A stretch of 64,000 bases of DNA from Candidatus Binatia bacterium (GTDB lineage Bacteria; Desulfobacterota; Binatia; UBA9968; JAJDTQ01): the NCBI GenBank assembly GCA_963666515.2, contig OY762897.2:2624001-2688000 (forward strand). The letters run 5' to 3'. A model generated the notes under the pieces. The model was not told where the DNA came from, searched no databases, and saw nothing but the letters and a program-made list of their open reading frames with translations. Positions 1 to 10,564 of this stretch are shown one piece after another. The position numbers and the translations under genes were made by a program. The stretch's first letter is position 1, and each line of letters begins with the position of its first letter.

Positions 1-232
1 CACCCAGTACGCCCTCATGGCCTCCATCGGCACCGCCGGCCGCACCCTCCTGGCCGGCTCCTCCGGCGCCCTGGTGGACTGGCTGGAAGGCGACTGGGCC
101 ACCTTCTTCGTCATCACCACCCTGATGGTGATCCCGTCGCTGGTCTGCCTGTGGGCGATCCGCGGCAAGCTCCGGGACATGCTGGCGGGGGCGCAGGTGC
201 GGCTGCTCGGGAAGAGCGTGGACGATCCATGA
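1..232 (+). CDS. AmpG-like MFS permease, C-terminal part (5' end outside the window)
   Basis: Frame open from the window edge: TQYALMASIGTAGRTLLAGSSGALVDWLEGDWATFFVITT, typical of the last TM helices of AmpG-family permeases. Confidence 0.7.
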   Translation, partial: TQYALMASIGTAGRTLLAGSSGALVDWLEGDWATFFVITTLMVIPSLVCLWAIRGKLRDMLAGAQVRLLGKSVDDP

Positions 233-288
233 TCCAGCTTGCCGTGCGGCGCCGCATTCATGCCTGAACCCGGCCGCTGATCTTCCTC

Positions 289-2762
289 TCAGAACTGCAT
301 GTTGAGGGTGACGAAGAAGGTCCGTCCCCAGCCGGCTTCCGTGGGCCCGTCCACGCTGCTGGGGTTGGCGGTGTTCACCGACAGACCGGCATCGGTGAGG
401 TTGAACACGCCTGCCGTGACCCGCGCGCCTTTCAGACCCAAGGGATCGGCCCAGTCCAGCACCACGTCGTGGCCGTTCCAGGACTTGAAGGTTCCGGTGC
501 CCGTCCGGTTCTTGTAGCTGGAGCGGTAAGCGGTGGTCCAGGTGGCGCTCACGCCGCCGCGCCGCGCCAGGATACCGATGCGGACGATGTTCTTGGGGAT
601 GGGGAACCGGTCCTCCTCGCCCGCGATGCGCAGTTCGGTGCTGGTGACGTGCCGCCAGGCTCCGCGCAGGCCGACGACTCCCCAGCCTGTTCGGAAGCCC
701 CCGCCGAGCCGGGTATTGACGCCCGAGAGATCGGCATCGACGATGTTTGCATAGCGGTCGTGAATCGTGATGTCGCCGGCGGTGCGCTCGATGCAGTTCG
801 ACCGTGCGCCGCCCGTGCACTCATTCAGGTTCTGCATGGCCCAATCGGCGCTGTTCTGCCCGGGCATACCGGTACGCGAGAGTCGATACCATTCCACGTC
901 CAGAAAGAACGGCCCCCTGCGGGCCCCGGCGCCGATGGCGAGCCGTTCGGTGTCCGCGGGATCGAGTTCCGGGTTGCCTGCGGTCACGCGCGTCACCTGC
1001 CGGGGATTGGGCTCCGTGCAAGAGCGGGGCGGGCTCCCGGTCCCCGGGTCGCACTCGACGTAGGGGTGGTCCTGCACCTCGGAACTGTAGAGATCCAGCA
1101 TCGAGGGCGGCCTCTCTCCCGCGCTCCAGGAGCTGCGCAGCGTGATGAGGTCGCTTAGCCGGTAGGCCGCCCCAAGGCGCCACGACGCCATTCCGCCCAC
1201 GTCGTCGTATTCGTCCCCGCGTCCCCCGACCCTGAGATCCAGATCCTCGGTCAGCGGCAGCGACATCTCGGCAAAGGCTGCGCCGGCGTTGCGCTTGCCG
1301 TCATAACTGGCCCCGCCGGAACCGAGCACCTGGGAGACGTCATGGGTCGCGCCGTCGTTGCCGCGATAGATCGAGATGTCATGGGATTTCGCCCGGTCCA
1401 GCTCGAAACCCGCGGTCCACGCCGCATTGCGGCCGCCGATGGCGAATCCGGACCCCTCCAGCGCCAGCCGGGCTCCCAGGTAGTCCGCTCCGAAATCGTT
1501 CTCCAGCCGCAGGCTGCTGTTCTCTATGGCTCGCCGATGCTCCGGGGCGTCCGAGAACGGGTTTGCGAGGTCGTAATTTCCCGCCCGGATTTCCGATGTG
1601 ATCTTGCCGGCATGCACGAAGGTGTTGCCGGACACGAAACCGTTCAGGCGAAATGCGCTGATGCGCGCATCGTAGCCGAGACTCTCCGAGACCCTGCCCT
1701 CGACGCCCACGGAGACGTCATATTCCTCGGTGTCCGTCAGCCAGTCCCGGTTGCCGTGGCGGACGAAGCGGTGCGCCACGACGAACAGGTCGTTGCCGTC
1801 TGCCTCGAAGTCCGAGCCGGCGGCGTCGTTGATGGCTTGCAGCAAACCCGGGTTCGGCGTGAAGGTAAACGAGTCCACCGACGGAGCGTAGCGGAACGCC
1901 GAATCGCCCCGCGTGAAATTCGCGTCCACGCGGAGATCGGCCTTTTCGGTGAGCGGGTGGTCCATGTTCAGGACCGCGCTCTTCTGCTCAAAGCTGCCGG
2001 TGTTCCACATGATGGTCCCGTAGGCGAAACCGCAGCCCTTGTCGCCCGAGGTGATGCCGGGCGGATTGCTGAGCGGGCCGGTATAGCCTTTCGCCGGGTC
2101 GCACTCCCCCAGCGCGGCCGACCTTACGCCGGTCACGGCTCCGTCGTCATCCCGCTGGACGACCCAGACCGTGTTGCCGCCGACGCTGACGTTCTTCGCC
2201 TCGTTGAACGCGCCGCCGTCCGGCCAGACGGAACGGCTGTACTCCCGGCTCTGCGCGGTGATTTCCTGGCGCTGGAGGATATCCGCGCCGAGGATCATGC
2301 GCCCCTTGCCCACCGCGCCGCCCCAGAAGACGCTGCCCTGCCAGCCGTCGCCGCCGTCCCGGCTCGGCATCCGCGCGACCGCGCGCGTCTCGAAGCCGTC
2401 CAGATCCTTCCGCAGCACGACGTTCAGCGCGCCGCGCACGGCGCTGCCGTCGAGAGTGCCCAGGCTGTCGCCGCTCAGAAGCTCGATGCGCTCGATGGCC
2501 GAGATCGGCAGGGTATCCAGATCGCTGGAGGTCGTGGCGTAAGGCCGGCCGTTGATCAGGACGAGCAGCGGCTGTCCGCCGGTGAGGAAGTAGCGGACGA
2601 TGCCGGTGTCCAGCAGTTCCTCCAGCGTCTGGGAGCCGGAACGCTCGAGAAAGGCCCGCTCGTACTTGGCGATGACGCGCGGGGCCGGCGCGAGGGGGCC
2701 GGCATGGGCCGCGTTCGCTGCCAGCACGGCGAACAGAGTAAGCAAAGCCAAAGGGTCTTCAT
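289..2762 (-). CDS. TonB-dependent receptor with a 1-nt frameshift just after the start codon
   Basis: Plug motif LVLINGRP...IERIELL, beta-barrel repeats and C-terminal GRTFFVTLNMQF. AAGGAG RBS and ATG at 2762 are out of frame with the signal peptide LALLTLFAVLAANAAHA. Confidence 0.85.
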
Positions 2763-2845
2763 CGGAATTCTCCTTCCGGTTCGGGACGACGTGCTTTGGA
2801 GCCGATGGAGCGCCGCCTCCAGGGCTCGGGCTCGCCGGTCTCAGG

Positions 2846-3451
2846 TCACAGGATTCCAAGGTCGCGCAGCGAGCCGATGGCCCGGGCCGCCTCCGCCGCG
2901 GCTTCGATGATCTCCTGCTTCGGCACTTCGGACCACTCTTCCGGCGGCAGTCCACGCTTTTCTCTCACCACGGCGATGGCGTTTTCGAGCTCCGGGAACC
3001 GAGCTGAATCCCGCAGGTGCAGATAGAGCGCCGCCAGGGCAACGGAGCGGCTGCGGCCCTCGCGACAGTGGACGAGCACGTTGCCGTGCACCTGTCGGGG
3101 GTAGCTCTCCTTCTCCGGCATCGTCTGATGGAGGGCGCCGCGGAGAATGCAGTACCCGCCGAGCATCATGCCGGCCGGGTTCTCGCCGTCCACGAGCCCC
3201 AGCTTGTAGACCCGGAACAGCGCGTGTCCGGCACGGCACAAGGCGCCCGTTTCCCCGTCCCCGCCGTCCTCCACCGGCGCGGGGACGTAATTCACGTCCA
3301 CGTTGATCGCACAGTTGACCACGGTCGATATGCCATGCCGACGCAACAGGTTCACGTCACGCGCCGCCGCGGTCCCGCCGATGAAAAGGTCGGCGCCGTA
3401 GGGCTCAAGGCCCTGGGCAATCAGGCTGAGTGACGGAAGGGGAGCGGCCAT
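2846..3451 (-). CDS. Dual-specificity / protein-tyrosine-phosphatase-family protein
   Basis: C-terminal part of ORF 2846..5122; CX5R motif VLVHCREGRSRS, plus LFIGG and ISTVVNCA motifs. Confidence 0.8.
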   Translation of the reverse strand: MAAPLPSLSLIAQGLEPYGADLFIGGTAAARDVNLLRRHGISTVVNCAINVDVNYVPAPVEDGGDGETGALCRAGHALFRVYKLGLVDGENPAGMMLGGYCILRGALHQTMPEKESYPRQVHGNVLVHCREGRSRSVALAALYLHLRDSARFPELENAIAVVREKRGLPPEEWSEVPKQEIIEAAAEAARAIGSLRDLGIL

Positions 3452-3616
3452 GCGTTGTTCTTCCACGATCTCGTTTGGCACCCCAAGGAGACCGGCAAGG
3501 CGCCGGTGAATCCCTTGCGCGGCGACATCAACCGGCGTAGTGTAGCCTCCGACGACAGCGAACGACGATCCCGCAATCCACAATCGGGTGATGTCACATC
3601 CCACAGGGAGGATACC

Positions 3617-4858
3617 ATGAAACACTTCATAACGCGTTTTTCCGCGGTCCTCATGGCCGGCCTGTTCGTTTTGTCCCTCATCAGCGCGGCCAACGCCGCC
3701 TCCAACCCGCCGCCCGAAATGGAGGCCTGGCTCAAGGCGTCCAAGCTCGGCCCCTACGACAAGGACGAGAACTGGAAGGACGTCGTCGCCAAGGCGAGAG
3801 CCGAAGGCGAGGTCGTGGTCTATACGTCGTCCGGGCGTATCGCCAAGCTGGTGAAGCCGTTCGCCAAGCTTCACCCGATCAAGGTGACCGTGCACGACCT
3901 CGGGTCGGTCAAGTCGGTGGAGAAGACCATTCGCGAGCAGAACGCGAACATCTTCAACGCCGACATCGTGACCACCGGCAACTCGGGCCAGGTGATCTAC
4001 GAGATGCTCAACAAGAACCGTCTCGTCAACTACGTGCCGCACCACTACGTCGACCGGATTCCCAAGGAGAACCGGGACCCGCTGCTGATCCGCGTCAACG
4101 AGGCCTTGGTCTTCCTCTACAACCGGGAGGCCTACCCGGACGCGCCGCCATTCAAGAACGTGTGGGAGCTGACCGAGCCCAAGTTCAAGGGCCGGGTGGG
4201 CATGAAGAACCCGCTGTCTTCGGGCTCCACGCTCATGGGCGTCATGACCCTCATGCAGCGCCCCGATGAATTGGCGGCCGCCTATCAGCGCCATGCCGGC
4301 AAGCCCCTCAAGCTGAGCAAGGGGGTGCCGGACGCCGGCCACGAGTTCTGGGCACGGCTCCTCGCCAACGACCTGGTGATCTTCAAGTCGGGCTCGAAGC
4401 TGGCCCGCGCCTCGGGCAAGAAGGGTCAGAAGAAGCCGCTGATCGCGTTCGCCAACATGACCTACATCGCGCGCAACGACGACAAGGGCTACGTCAACAA
4501 GATCCTGGCCAAGGTGGATCCGGTGGGCAAGCTGGTCTACCCGACCTTTTCCGCCATCGCGCGGCAAGCGCCGCACCCCAACGCGGCCAAGCTGTTCACC
4601 GCGTACCTGCTCGGCAGTCTCGAGCTCAACAAGAACTCCAAGCTCACGAAGCCTTACGACAAGGGCGCGAGCATCGAGCTGCTGCAGGGTCTGGCGCCCT
4701 ATTTCGACCCGGGCACGGTGAGCCCGCGGAGCGACGTGCCGCTGCCGGCCGGCGGCGAGATCTGGGATGACATGCCGGGCTGGAACGTGGACGCCACCTA
4801 CATGTGGAAGCAGGGCCCCAAGGTCCGTGACTTCTGGACCCTGCATTCGAGCCGATAG
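3617..4858 (+). CDS. ABC transporter substrate-binding protein (Fe3+/sugar-phosphate/polyamine class)
   Basis: GGAGG RBS, signal peptide MKHFITRFSAVLMAGLFVLSLISAANA, motifs AEGEVVVYTS and APHPNAAKLF. Confidence 0.85.
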   Translation: MKHFITRFSAVLMAGLFVLSLISAANAASNPPPEMEAWLKASKLGPYDKDENWKDVVAKARAEGEVVVYTSSGRIAKLVKPFAKLHPIKVTVHDLGSVKSVEKTIREQNANIFNADIVTTGNSGQVIYEMLNKNRLVNYVPHHYVDRIPKENRDPLLIRVNEALVFLYNREAYPDAPPFKNVWELTEPKFKGRVGMKNPLSSGSTLMGVMTLMQRPDELAAAYQRHAGKPLKLSKGVPDAGHEFWARLLANDLVIFKSGSKLARASGKKGQKKPLIAFANMTYIARNDDKGYVNKILAKVDPVGKLVYPTFSAIARQAPHPNAAKLFTAYLLGSLELNKNSKLTKPYDKGASIELLQGLAPYFDPGTVSPRSDVPLPAGGEIWDDMPGWNVDATYMWKQGPKVRDFWTLHSSR

Positions 4859-4865
4859 CCCAGGC

Positions 4866-5975
4866 ATGGAGGAAATCCATCTGACAGGTATCCGGAAGTC
4901 GTACGGCAAAGAAGTCGCCGTACGGCATCTGGACCTGACCGTGGCGCCGGGTGCGTTCCTGACCATTCTCGGACCGTCCGGCTGCGGCAAGACGACGACG
5001 CTACGCGTGATCGCCGGGCTGGAGGAGCCCGAAACGGGGGAAATCCGGTTCGGCGACAGGCTCATCTTCTCCCGCCAGAAGGGCGTGATCGTTCCCCCCG
5101 AACGCCGTAACCTCGGGCTCATATTCCAGGGCTATGCGCTCTGGCCCCACATGACGGTGGAACGGAACATCACGCTGGGCCTGAAGCAGATGGGCCTGAG
5201 CGCGGGCGAGACCGCCGAGCGTCTCGAAGCCGCCCTCGAGAAAGTGCAGATGAAGCCGTACCAGCTCCGCTACCCCTCGGAGCTGTCCGGCGGCCAGCAA
5301 CAGCGGGTAGCGCTGGCGCGCATGATCGCCTCGCGCTCGTCCATCCTGCTGATGGACGAGCCGCTGTCCAACCTCGACGCCAAGCTGCGCACGGAAATGC
5401 GCGGCGAGCTGAAACGGCTGCACCGGGACCTGGAAGCCACCACCGTCTACGTGACCCACGACCAGATCGAGGCCCTGACGCTGTCGGACGTAGTGGTGGT
5501 CATGGACAAGGGCGTGGTCAAGCAACAGGGCACGCCCTATGAAATCTACCACCATCCGGCGAACCTGTTCGTCGCCGATTTCATCGGCGATCCCGGGATC
5601 AACCGGTTTGCCGGCACCATCGGGCAGAAGAACGGGGCGGTGGGCCTGGATTGCGGCGATGTATGGCTGCCGATCCCCGGCGAGCCTCCCGCCAACGCAA
5701 GGGACCTCATCGCCACCATCCGCCCGGAAAGCATCAATGTATCCACCGAGGCCAGGGAGGACTGGCTCGAGGTAACGCTGGAATCGGTTCAGCCGAAGGG
5801 GTCCGACACGATCCTGCAGGTCCGGACCGGGAACCAGTCCATCACCCTCGTGCAACCGGGCTTCATAAGGATGGACCTCGGCGAAACCCTCTGGGTCGAC
5901 TTCGAAACGGAATCGTTGAACTTCTTCGACGTCGAGTCGGAGGCCAACCTCTTCGATCAACGCCCGTCCGCCTGA
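4866..5975 (+). CDS. ABC transporter ATP-binding protein with C-terminal TOBE-type extension
   Basis: Walker A GPSGCGKTT, signature LSGGQQQR, Walker B LLMDEP. Confidence 0.95.
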   Translation: MEEIHLTGIRKSYGKEVAVRHLDLTVAPGAFLTILGPSGCGKTTTLRVIAGLEEPETGEIRFGDRLIFSRQKGVIVPPERRNLGLIFQGYALWPHMTVERNITLGLKQMGLSAGETAERLEAALEKVQMKPYQLRYPSELSGGQQQRVALARMIASRSSILLMDEPLSNLDAKLRTEMRGELKRLHRDLEATTVYVTHDQIEALTLSDVVVVMDKGVVKQQGTPYEIYHHPANLFVADFIGDPGINRFAGTIGQKNGAVGLDCGDVWLPIPGEPPANARDLIATIRPESINVSTEAREDWLEVTLESVQPKGSDTILQVRTGNQSITLVQPGFIRMDLGETLWVDFETESLNFFDVESEANLFDQRPSA

Positions 5976-6003
5976 GCGGACCATCATCGGAAGTGCCCGA
6001 AGC

Positions 6004-7848
6004 ATGTCGCTGAACACGGCCGATCCCGGGGGGGCGCCTCCGGTCCTTTCCAGGAGCAATCTCAGCTACCACCTCTACCGGCTGATGAACCAGCCGGAGA
6101 AGATCCTGGGGCTGCTTTGCCTCGCGCTGCTGTCCTTCCTGGTACTGGTGCCGCTGTTCGAGATCATCCACGACGCCCTGGTCTACCAGAGCTACGACCT
6201 CGCCTACCGGCCCGAAGCGAAGGTCGGCTCCTTTACCCTGTTCCATCTCGAACGCGTCTTCACCGGCCCGCTTTCCAGGGCGCTGTTCCTGAAGCCGCTC
6301 TTCAACAGCGTCGCCGTCGGCTTTTGCGTGACCGTCGTGGCCGTGAGCATCGGCACCGCCCTGGCATGGCTCATGGTGCGCACCGACATCGGCTGCAAGG
6401 GCGTATTCGGGGCGCTGGTGGTGGTGCCGTACATGATGCCGTCGTGGGTGCTGGCGCTGGCATGGCTGAGTCTGTTCAAGAACGACCGGATCGGCGGCAA
6501 CGAGGGCATGATCACCAGTTTCTTCGGCGTCCTGCCGCCGGACTGGGTGAGCTACGGCTTCTTTCCCATCGTCATCTGCCTGGCGCTGCACTATTACGCC
6601 TATGGCTTTCTCTTGATGTCGGGCGCCCTGGCGACGGTGGATTCGGAGCTGGAGGAGGCGGGCGCCATCTCCGGCATGAACCGGCGCCAACGGCTGTGGC
6701 GCATCACGTTTCCGTTGCTGCTGCCCGCGCTGGGCTCCGCAGTCGTGCTCACCTTCATCCGCATTCTCGGCACCTTCGGGACGCCGGCCCTGCTCGGACT
6801 GCCGGTCCGGTTCTTCACCTTCTCAACCCAGATCTACGCCTCGCTGAACGCCCGCAACAGCGGCGACGCCTTCGTTCTCGCCCTGGTCCTGATCGTGATG
6901 GCGATCACCTTCATCTGGATCAACAGCCGGGTGATCGGCGTTCGCAAGAGCTTCGTGACCCTGACCGGCAAGGGCTTCCGGCAGCGCGAGATCGCCCTCG
7001 GCGCGTGGCGCTGGCCGGCCACCATCGCGGTCGGCGCCTTCCTCGCCGTGACGGTGGTGCTGCCGATGCTGATCCTGCTTTGGGAATCCCTGGTCATCAC
7101 GCCGGGGGAATATACCCTGAAAGGGCTGACGACGCATTTCTGGATCGGCAAGAGCGACATCGACATCGCCAATGGCGAGCCCGGCATCTGGCATTCCCCG
7201 GGCATCTTGAACGCGTTGTGGAACACCATCAAGCTGGGCGTGCTGGCGGCGTTGTGCAACGGAATGCTGGGTTTGCTGGTGGGCTACGCGGCGGTCCGCG
7301 GCCGCGGCACGCTGCTGGCAAGGTGGCTCGAGGGCGTCGCCTTCGCGCCTTACATCTTCCCCTCCATCGCCCTCGGCGCCATCTACATCGGCATGTTCTC
7401 GACTCCCTGGGGGCCGCTGCCGGCGCTGTACGGCACATTCACGATCCTGGTCCTGATCACCGTGGTCAAGAACCTGCCGTTCACCTCGCGCACCGGCATC
7501 GCCGCCATCCTGCAAATCGACAAGTCCCTGGAGGAAACCGCGCGGGTCCAGGGGATCGGCTGGTTCAGGCGCATGGCCAGGATCATCATCCCGATGTCGT
7601 CAAGCGGCGTGACCGCGGGCATGCTGCTGACCTTCATCACCGCGACCCGCGAGCTGTCCCTGATCATCCTGCTGCTGTCGCCGGCCAACATGGTGCTCAC
7701 CGGAGTAATCTTCAGCTACAACGAACACGACATGACCCAGCACTCCGGCGCCGTGACCCTATTCCTGGTCATGATCATCGTCGGCGCCAACGTGCTGGTG
7801 CGGGCAATTACGGGCGGCGGCGGGCTGGCCGGGCTGCGGCATACGTGA
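6004..7848 (+). CDS. ABC transporter permease, two fused TMD halves (FbpB-like)
   Basis: Many TM helices and two EAA-type loops (ELEEAGAISG, SLEETARVQG). Confidence 0.9.
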   Translation: MSLNTADPGGAPPVLSRSNLSYHLYRLMNQPEKILGLLCLALLSFLVLVPLFEIIHDALVYQSYDLAYRPEAKVGSFTLFHLERVFTGPLSRALFLKPLFNSVAVGFCVTVVAVSIGTALAWLMVRTDIGCKGVFGALVVVPYMMPSWVLALAWLSLFKNDRIGGNEGMITSFFGVLPPDWVSYGFFPIVICLALHYYAYGFLLMSGALATVDSELEEAGAISGMNRRQRLWRITFPLLLPALGSAVVLTFIRILGTFGTPALLGLPVRFFTFSTQIYASLNARNSGDAFVLALVLIVMAITFIWINSRVIGVRKSFVTLTGKGFRQREIALGAWRWPATIAVGAFLAVTVVLPMLILLWESLVITPGEYTLKGLTTHFWIGKSDIDIANGEPGIWHSPGILNALWNTIKLGVLAALCNGMLGLLVGYAAVRGRGTLLARWLEGVAFAPYIFPSIALGAIYIGMFSTPWGPLPALYGTFTILVLITVVKNLPFTSRTGIAAILQIDKSLEETARVQGIGWFRRMARIIIPMSSSGVTAGMLLTFITATRELSLIILLLSPANMVLTGVIFSYNEHDMTQHSGAVTLFLVMIIVGANVLVRAITGGGGLAGLRHT

Positions 7849-7962
7849 TTCAGGCCGTAGAGGTTCATGCTTTGACATGCTCCCGGCTACTTTGTTAGTG
7901 TGGCGCGGCTTTCGTTCCAAGGACCCGCAACACTCGAAACAGCCGTTTGGAAGGGGAGACCT

Positions 7963-9534
7963 ATGAACACTGCAAGCTGGAGAACGCGACGCACGCGCAA
8001 CCTGTCCGTGGTTCTCGCCACCGCGCTTTTCGTGTCCGTCGCCGCGGCATACCCTGCGTTTGCCCAGGACAAGCCGGTGCGAGGCGGAACCATCGTTGGC
8101 ACGACCGTGCTGGAGCCCAAGTCTCTCGACCCGCTGTTCGGTGACGGCGGCAATCTGGACCACTACGTCTGGCGGCAGATCTACGAATCGCTCCTGGACA
8201 TCACGGGGAGCGGCGAAGTCGCACCCGGACTGGCGACGAGCTGGAAATTTACCGAGGACAAGAAGTCGATCGATTTCACGTTGCGGCAAGGCGTCAAGTT
8301 CCATGACGGCACCGCGTTCAACGCGGCAGCCGCGGCGGTCACGTTCCAGCGCGCGCTCTCGAAGGAGTTGAACGCGCCGCGCGCCTCCGACCTGTCCGCG
8401 ATCACCGGGGTGGAAGTACGCGGACCCTATCAATTGCGGATCAATCTCAAGGCGCCGAGTTCGGCCGCGCTGCCGGCCATCGCCTTCGCCGGACTGATTT
8501 CGTCTCCCGCCGCCATCAAGAAACACGGACAGGACTATGGCAGGAACCCGGCGGGGACCGGCCCCTTCAAGTTCGCCAGTTGGCAATCGGGGTCCAGGAT
8601 CGTCCTCGAACGAAACCCCGATTACTGGCGGAACGGCGCCGACGGAAAGCCCTTGCCCTATCTCGACCGCGTCATCATCCGGTTCATCAAGAAGAGCGCC
8701 GTCAAGGTGATCGAGGTCAAGTCCGGCAACGTCCAGGTCATCGACACCGTGTCCGCCCGCGACCTGAAGACGGTGAGCGGCGATTCCAACCTTCGACTCG
8801 TGCGGACCGGCAATGGCCGGCACGTGATGTTCGCGTTCAACATCTCCAAGCCGCCGTTCGACGACATCCGGCTGAGACAGGCGGTCCTGTTCGGCATGGA
8901 CCGTCAAACGATGATGAAGGTGATCACCCTCGGCAGAGGCCAGGTCACTCCGACCCTGATCCCCAACCAGAACTGGGTGTTCGACGCGACGCTCGAAAAG
9001 TACGGCCACGACCCCGCACGCGCCAAGCAACTGCTCGCCGAAGCCGGACACAAGGACGGCATTGACGCGCGATTGGACATCATCAAGCGTCAGCCCGACT
9101 CCACGGTCGCCCAGTTGATGCAGGCGCAACTGAAGGAGGCCGGCATCAATCTCACGATCAAGACCGTCGATCGCCAGTCCATGCAGGCCAGCCTGCGCGC
9201 CAAGAACCACATGTTCGGCATCGGCCGCTTCACGGTGCCGGGGATCGATCCGGCCCAGACGTTCGGACGGATATTCGGACGGCGCGCGCGCATTCAGCGG
9301 ACCGGCGTGAGTGACGAGAAGCTGTTCGACATGATCGACAATGCCGCGCGGCAGACCGATCAATCGGTGAGAAAGGGTCTCTACCGCGAGATTCAGGCCT
9401 ATCTGGTCGACAATGCGCTCTACGGTTTCCTGTTCTTCATGGAGTCGACCCAGGTGGAGCGGACCGAGGTGAAAAACCTCAAGCGCACGGTCGGCGGCGC
9501 CTGGGTGTTTGCCGAGGCCTGGACGGCCAAGTAG
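7963..9534 (+). CDS. Peptide/nickel ABC transporter substrate-binding protein (family 5)
   Basis: Signal peptide; motifs LRQGVKFHDGT, GTGPFKF, PPFDDIRLRQA. Confidence 0.9.
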   Translation: MNTASWRTRRTRNLSVVLATALFVSVAAAYPAFAQDKPVRGGTIVGTTVLEPKSLDPLFGDGGNLDHYVWRQIYESLLDITGSGEVAPGLATSWKFTEDKKSIDFTLRQGVKFHDGTAFNAAAAAVTFQRALSKELNAPRASDLSAITGVEVRGPYQLRINLKAPSSAALPAIAFAGLISSPAAIKKHGQDYGRNPAGTGPFKFASWQSGSRIVLERNPDYWRNGADGKPLPYLDRVIIRFIKKSAVKVIEVKSGNVQVIDTVSARDLKTVSGDSNLRLVRTGNGRHVMFAFNISKPPFDDIRLRQAVLFGMDRQTMMKVITLGRGQVTPTLIPNQNWVFDATLEKYGHDPARAKQLLAEAGHKDGIDARLDIIKRQPDSTVAQLMQAQLKEAGINLTIKTVDRQSMQASLRAKNHMFGIGRFTVPGIDPAQTFGRIFGRRARIQRTGVSDEKLFDMIDNAARQTDQSVRKGLYREIQAYLVDNALYGFLFFMESTQVERTEVKNLKRTVGGAWVFAEAWTAK

Positions 9535-9610
9535 GCACGCCGAAGCTCCAATCCGCAACAACGGCTGACCCCTTAATCCTCCCTCGGGCTGTCAGGCCTG
9601 AGGGCGACCG

Positions 9611-10564
9611 ATGTTTCTGTTCATCTCGAAGCGAATCGGACAAACCGTCCCGGTGGTTCTCCTGGTTTCGTTCTTCGTCTTCTTCGTCATCAACGTCATT
9701 CCGGGCGATCCCACACTGACGGTTCTCGGGGAGTTTGCCACCCCCGAACAGCGCGAGATCGCGCGCCAACAGTACGGCTTCGACCGCCCGATGTTCGTCC
9801 AGTATCTGGACTGGCTGACCAAGACCCTGAGTGGCGACCTGGGGCGGTCGTTGCACAGCAATGAACGCGTTTGGGCCATGCTCGTCGATCGCTTGCCGGT
9901 GTCGCTGGAGTTGAGCGCGCTGGCCCTGATCATCGCCCTCGGCATCGGCATTCCCGCCGGCATACTGGCCGCGCTTCGACGCGGCACGACCACTGACGCC
10001 GTCATCGGGATGTTCTCGGCCGTGGCCTTGGGCGTCCCCTACTTCTGGCTCGGGGTCCTGCTGATTCTCCTGTTCGCCATCTTCTTCAATCTGCTGCCGC
10101 CGTCCGGATACGTGGCTTTCACGGAATCACCCGTCGAGAACCTGAAGCTCATGATCCTGCCCGCGTTGACCATCGGCCTGCACGTCGCGCCGCTGATCGT
10201 TCGCCAGACACGCGCAAGCGTCTTGCAGGTGCTGTCGCTGGACTATGTCCGGACCGCCCACGCCAAGGGCCTGCCCTGGTCGGCAATCGTCCGAAGGCAC
10301 GTCTTGCGCAACGCGCTCATTCCGGTGTTGACGCTCGTGGGGCTTCAGCTTGGAAACATGCTGGGCGGGGCCATCGTGACCGAGACGATCTTCTCGACGC
10401 CGGGATTGGGCAGCCTCATCGTCGCCGCGGTATCGACGCGAGACTTCCCGGTGGTTCAGAGCGGCATCTTCCTGGTGGTGCTGCTGGTCATATTCGTCAA
10501 CCTGGTAACCGACATCCTGTACGCGTACGTCGATCCCCGGATCAGACAGCACTTGATCGTGTGA
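9611..10564 (+). CDS. Peptide ABC permease (DppB/OppB-like)
   Basis: PGDP, GDLGRS, DYVRTAHAKGL, RDFPVVQ, YVDPRIR. Confidence 0.92.
   Translation: MFLFISKRIGQTVPVVLLVSFFVFFVINVIPGDPTLTVLGEFATPEQREIARQQYGFDRPMFVQYLDWLTKTLSGDLGRSLHSNERVWAMLVDRLPVSLELSALALIIALGIGIPAGILAALRRGTTTDAVIGMFSAVALGVPYFWLGVLLILLFAIFFNLLPPSGYVAFTESPVENLKLMILPALTIGLHVAPLIVRQTRASVLQVLSLDYVRTAHAKGLPWSAIVRRHVLRNALIPVLTLVGLQLGNMLGGAIVTETIFSTPGLGSLIVAAVSTRDFPVVQSGIFLVVLLVIFVNLVTDILYAYVDPRIRQHLIV

Noticed and set aside
2763-2955. Long N-terminal extension of the TonB receptor ORF
   Set aside because: It overlaps the phosphatase gene and is not protein-like; the start is better explained by the frameshift near 2752
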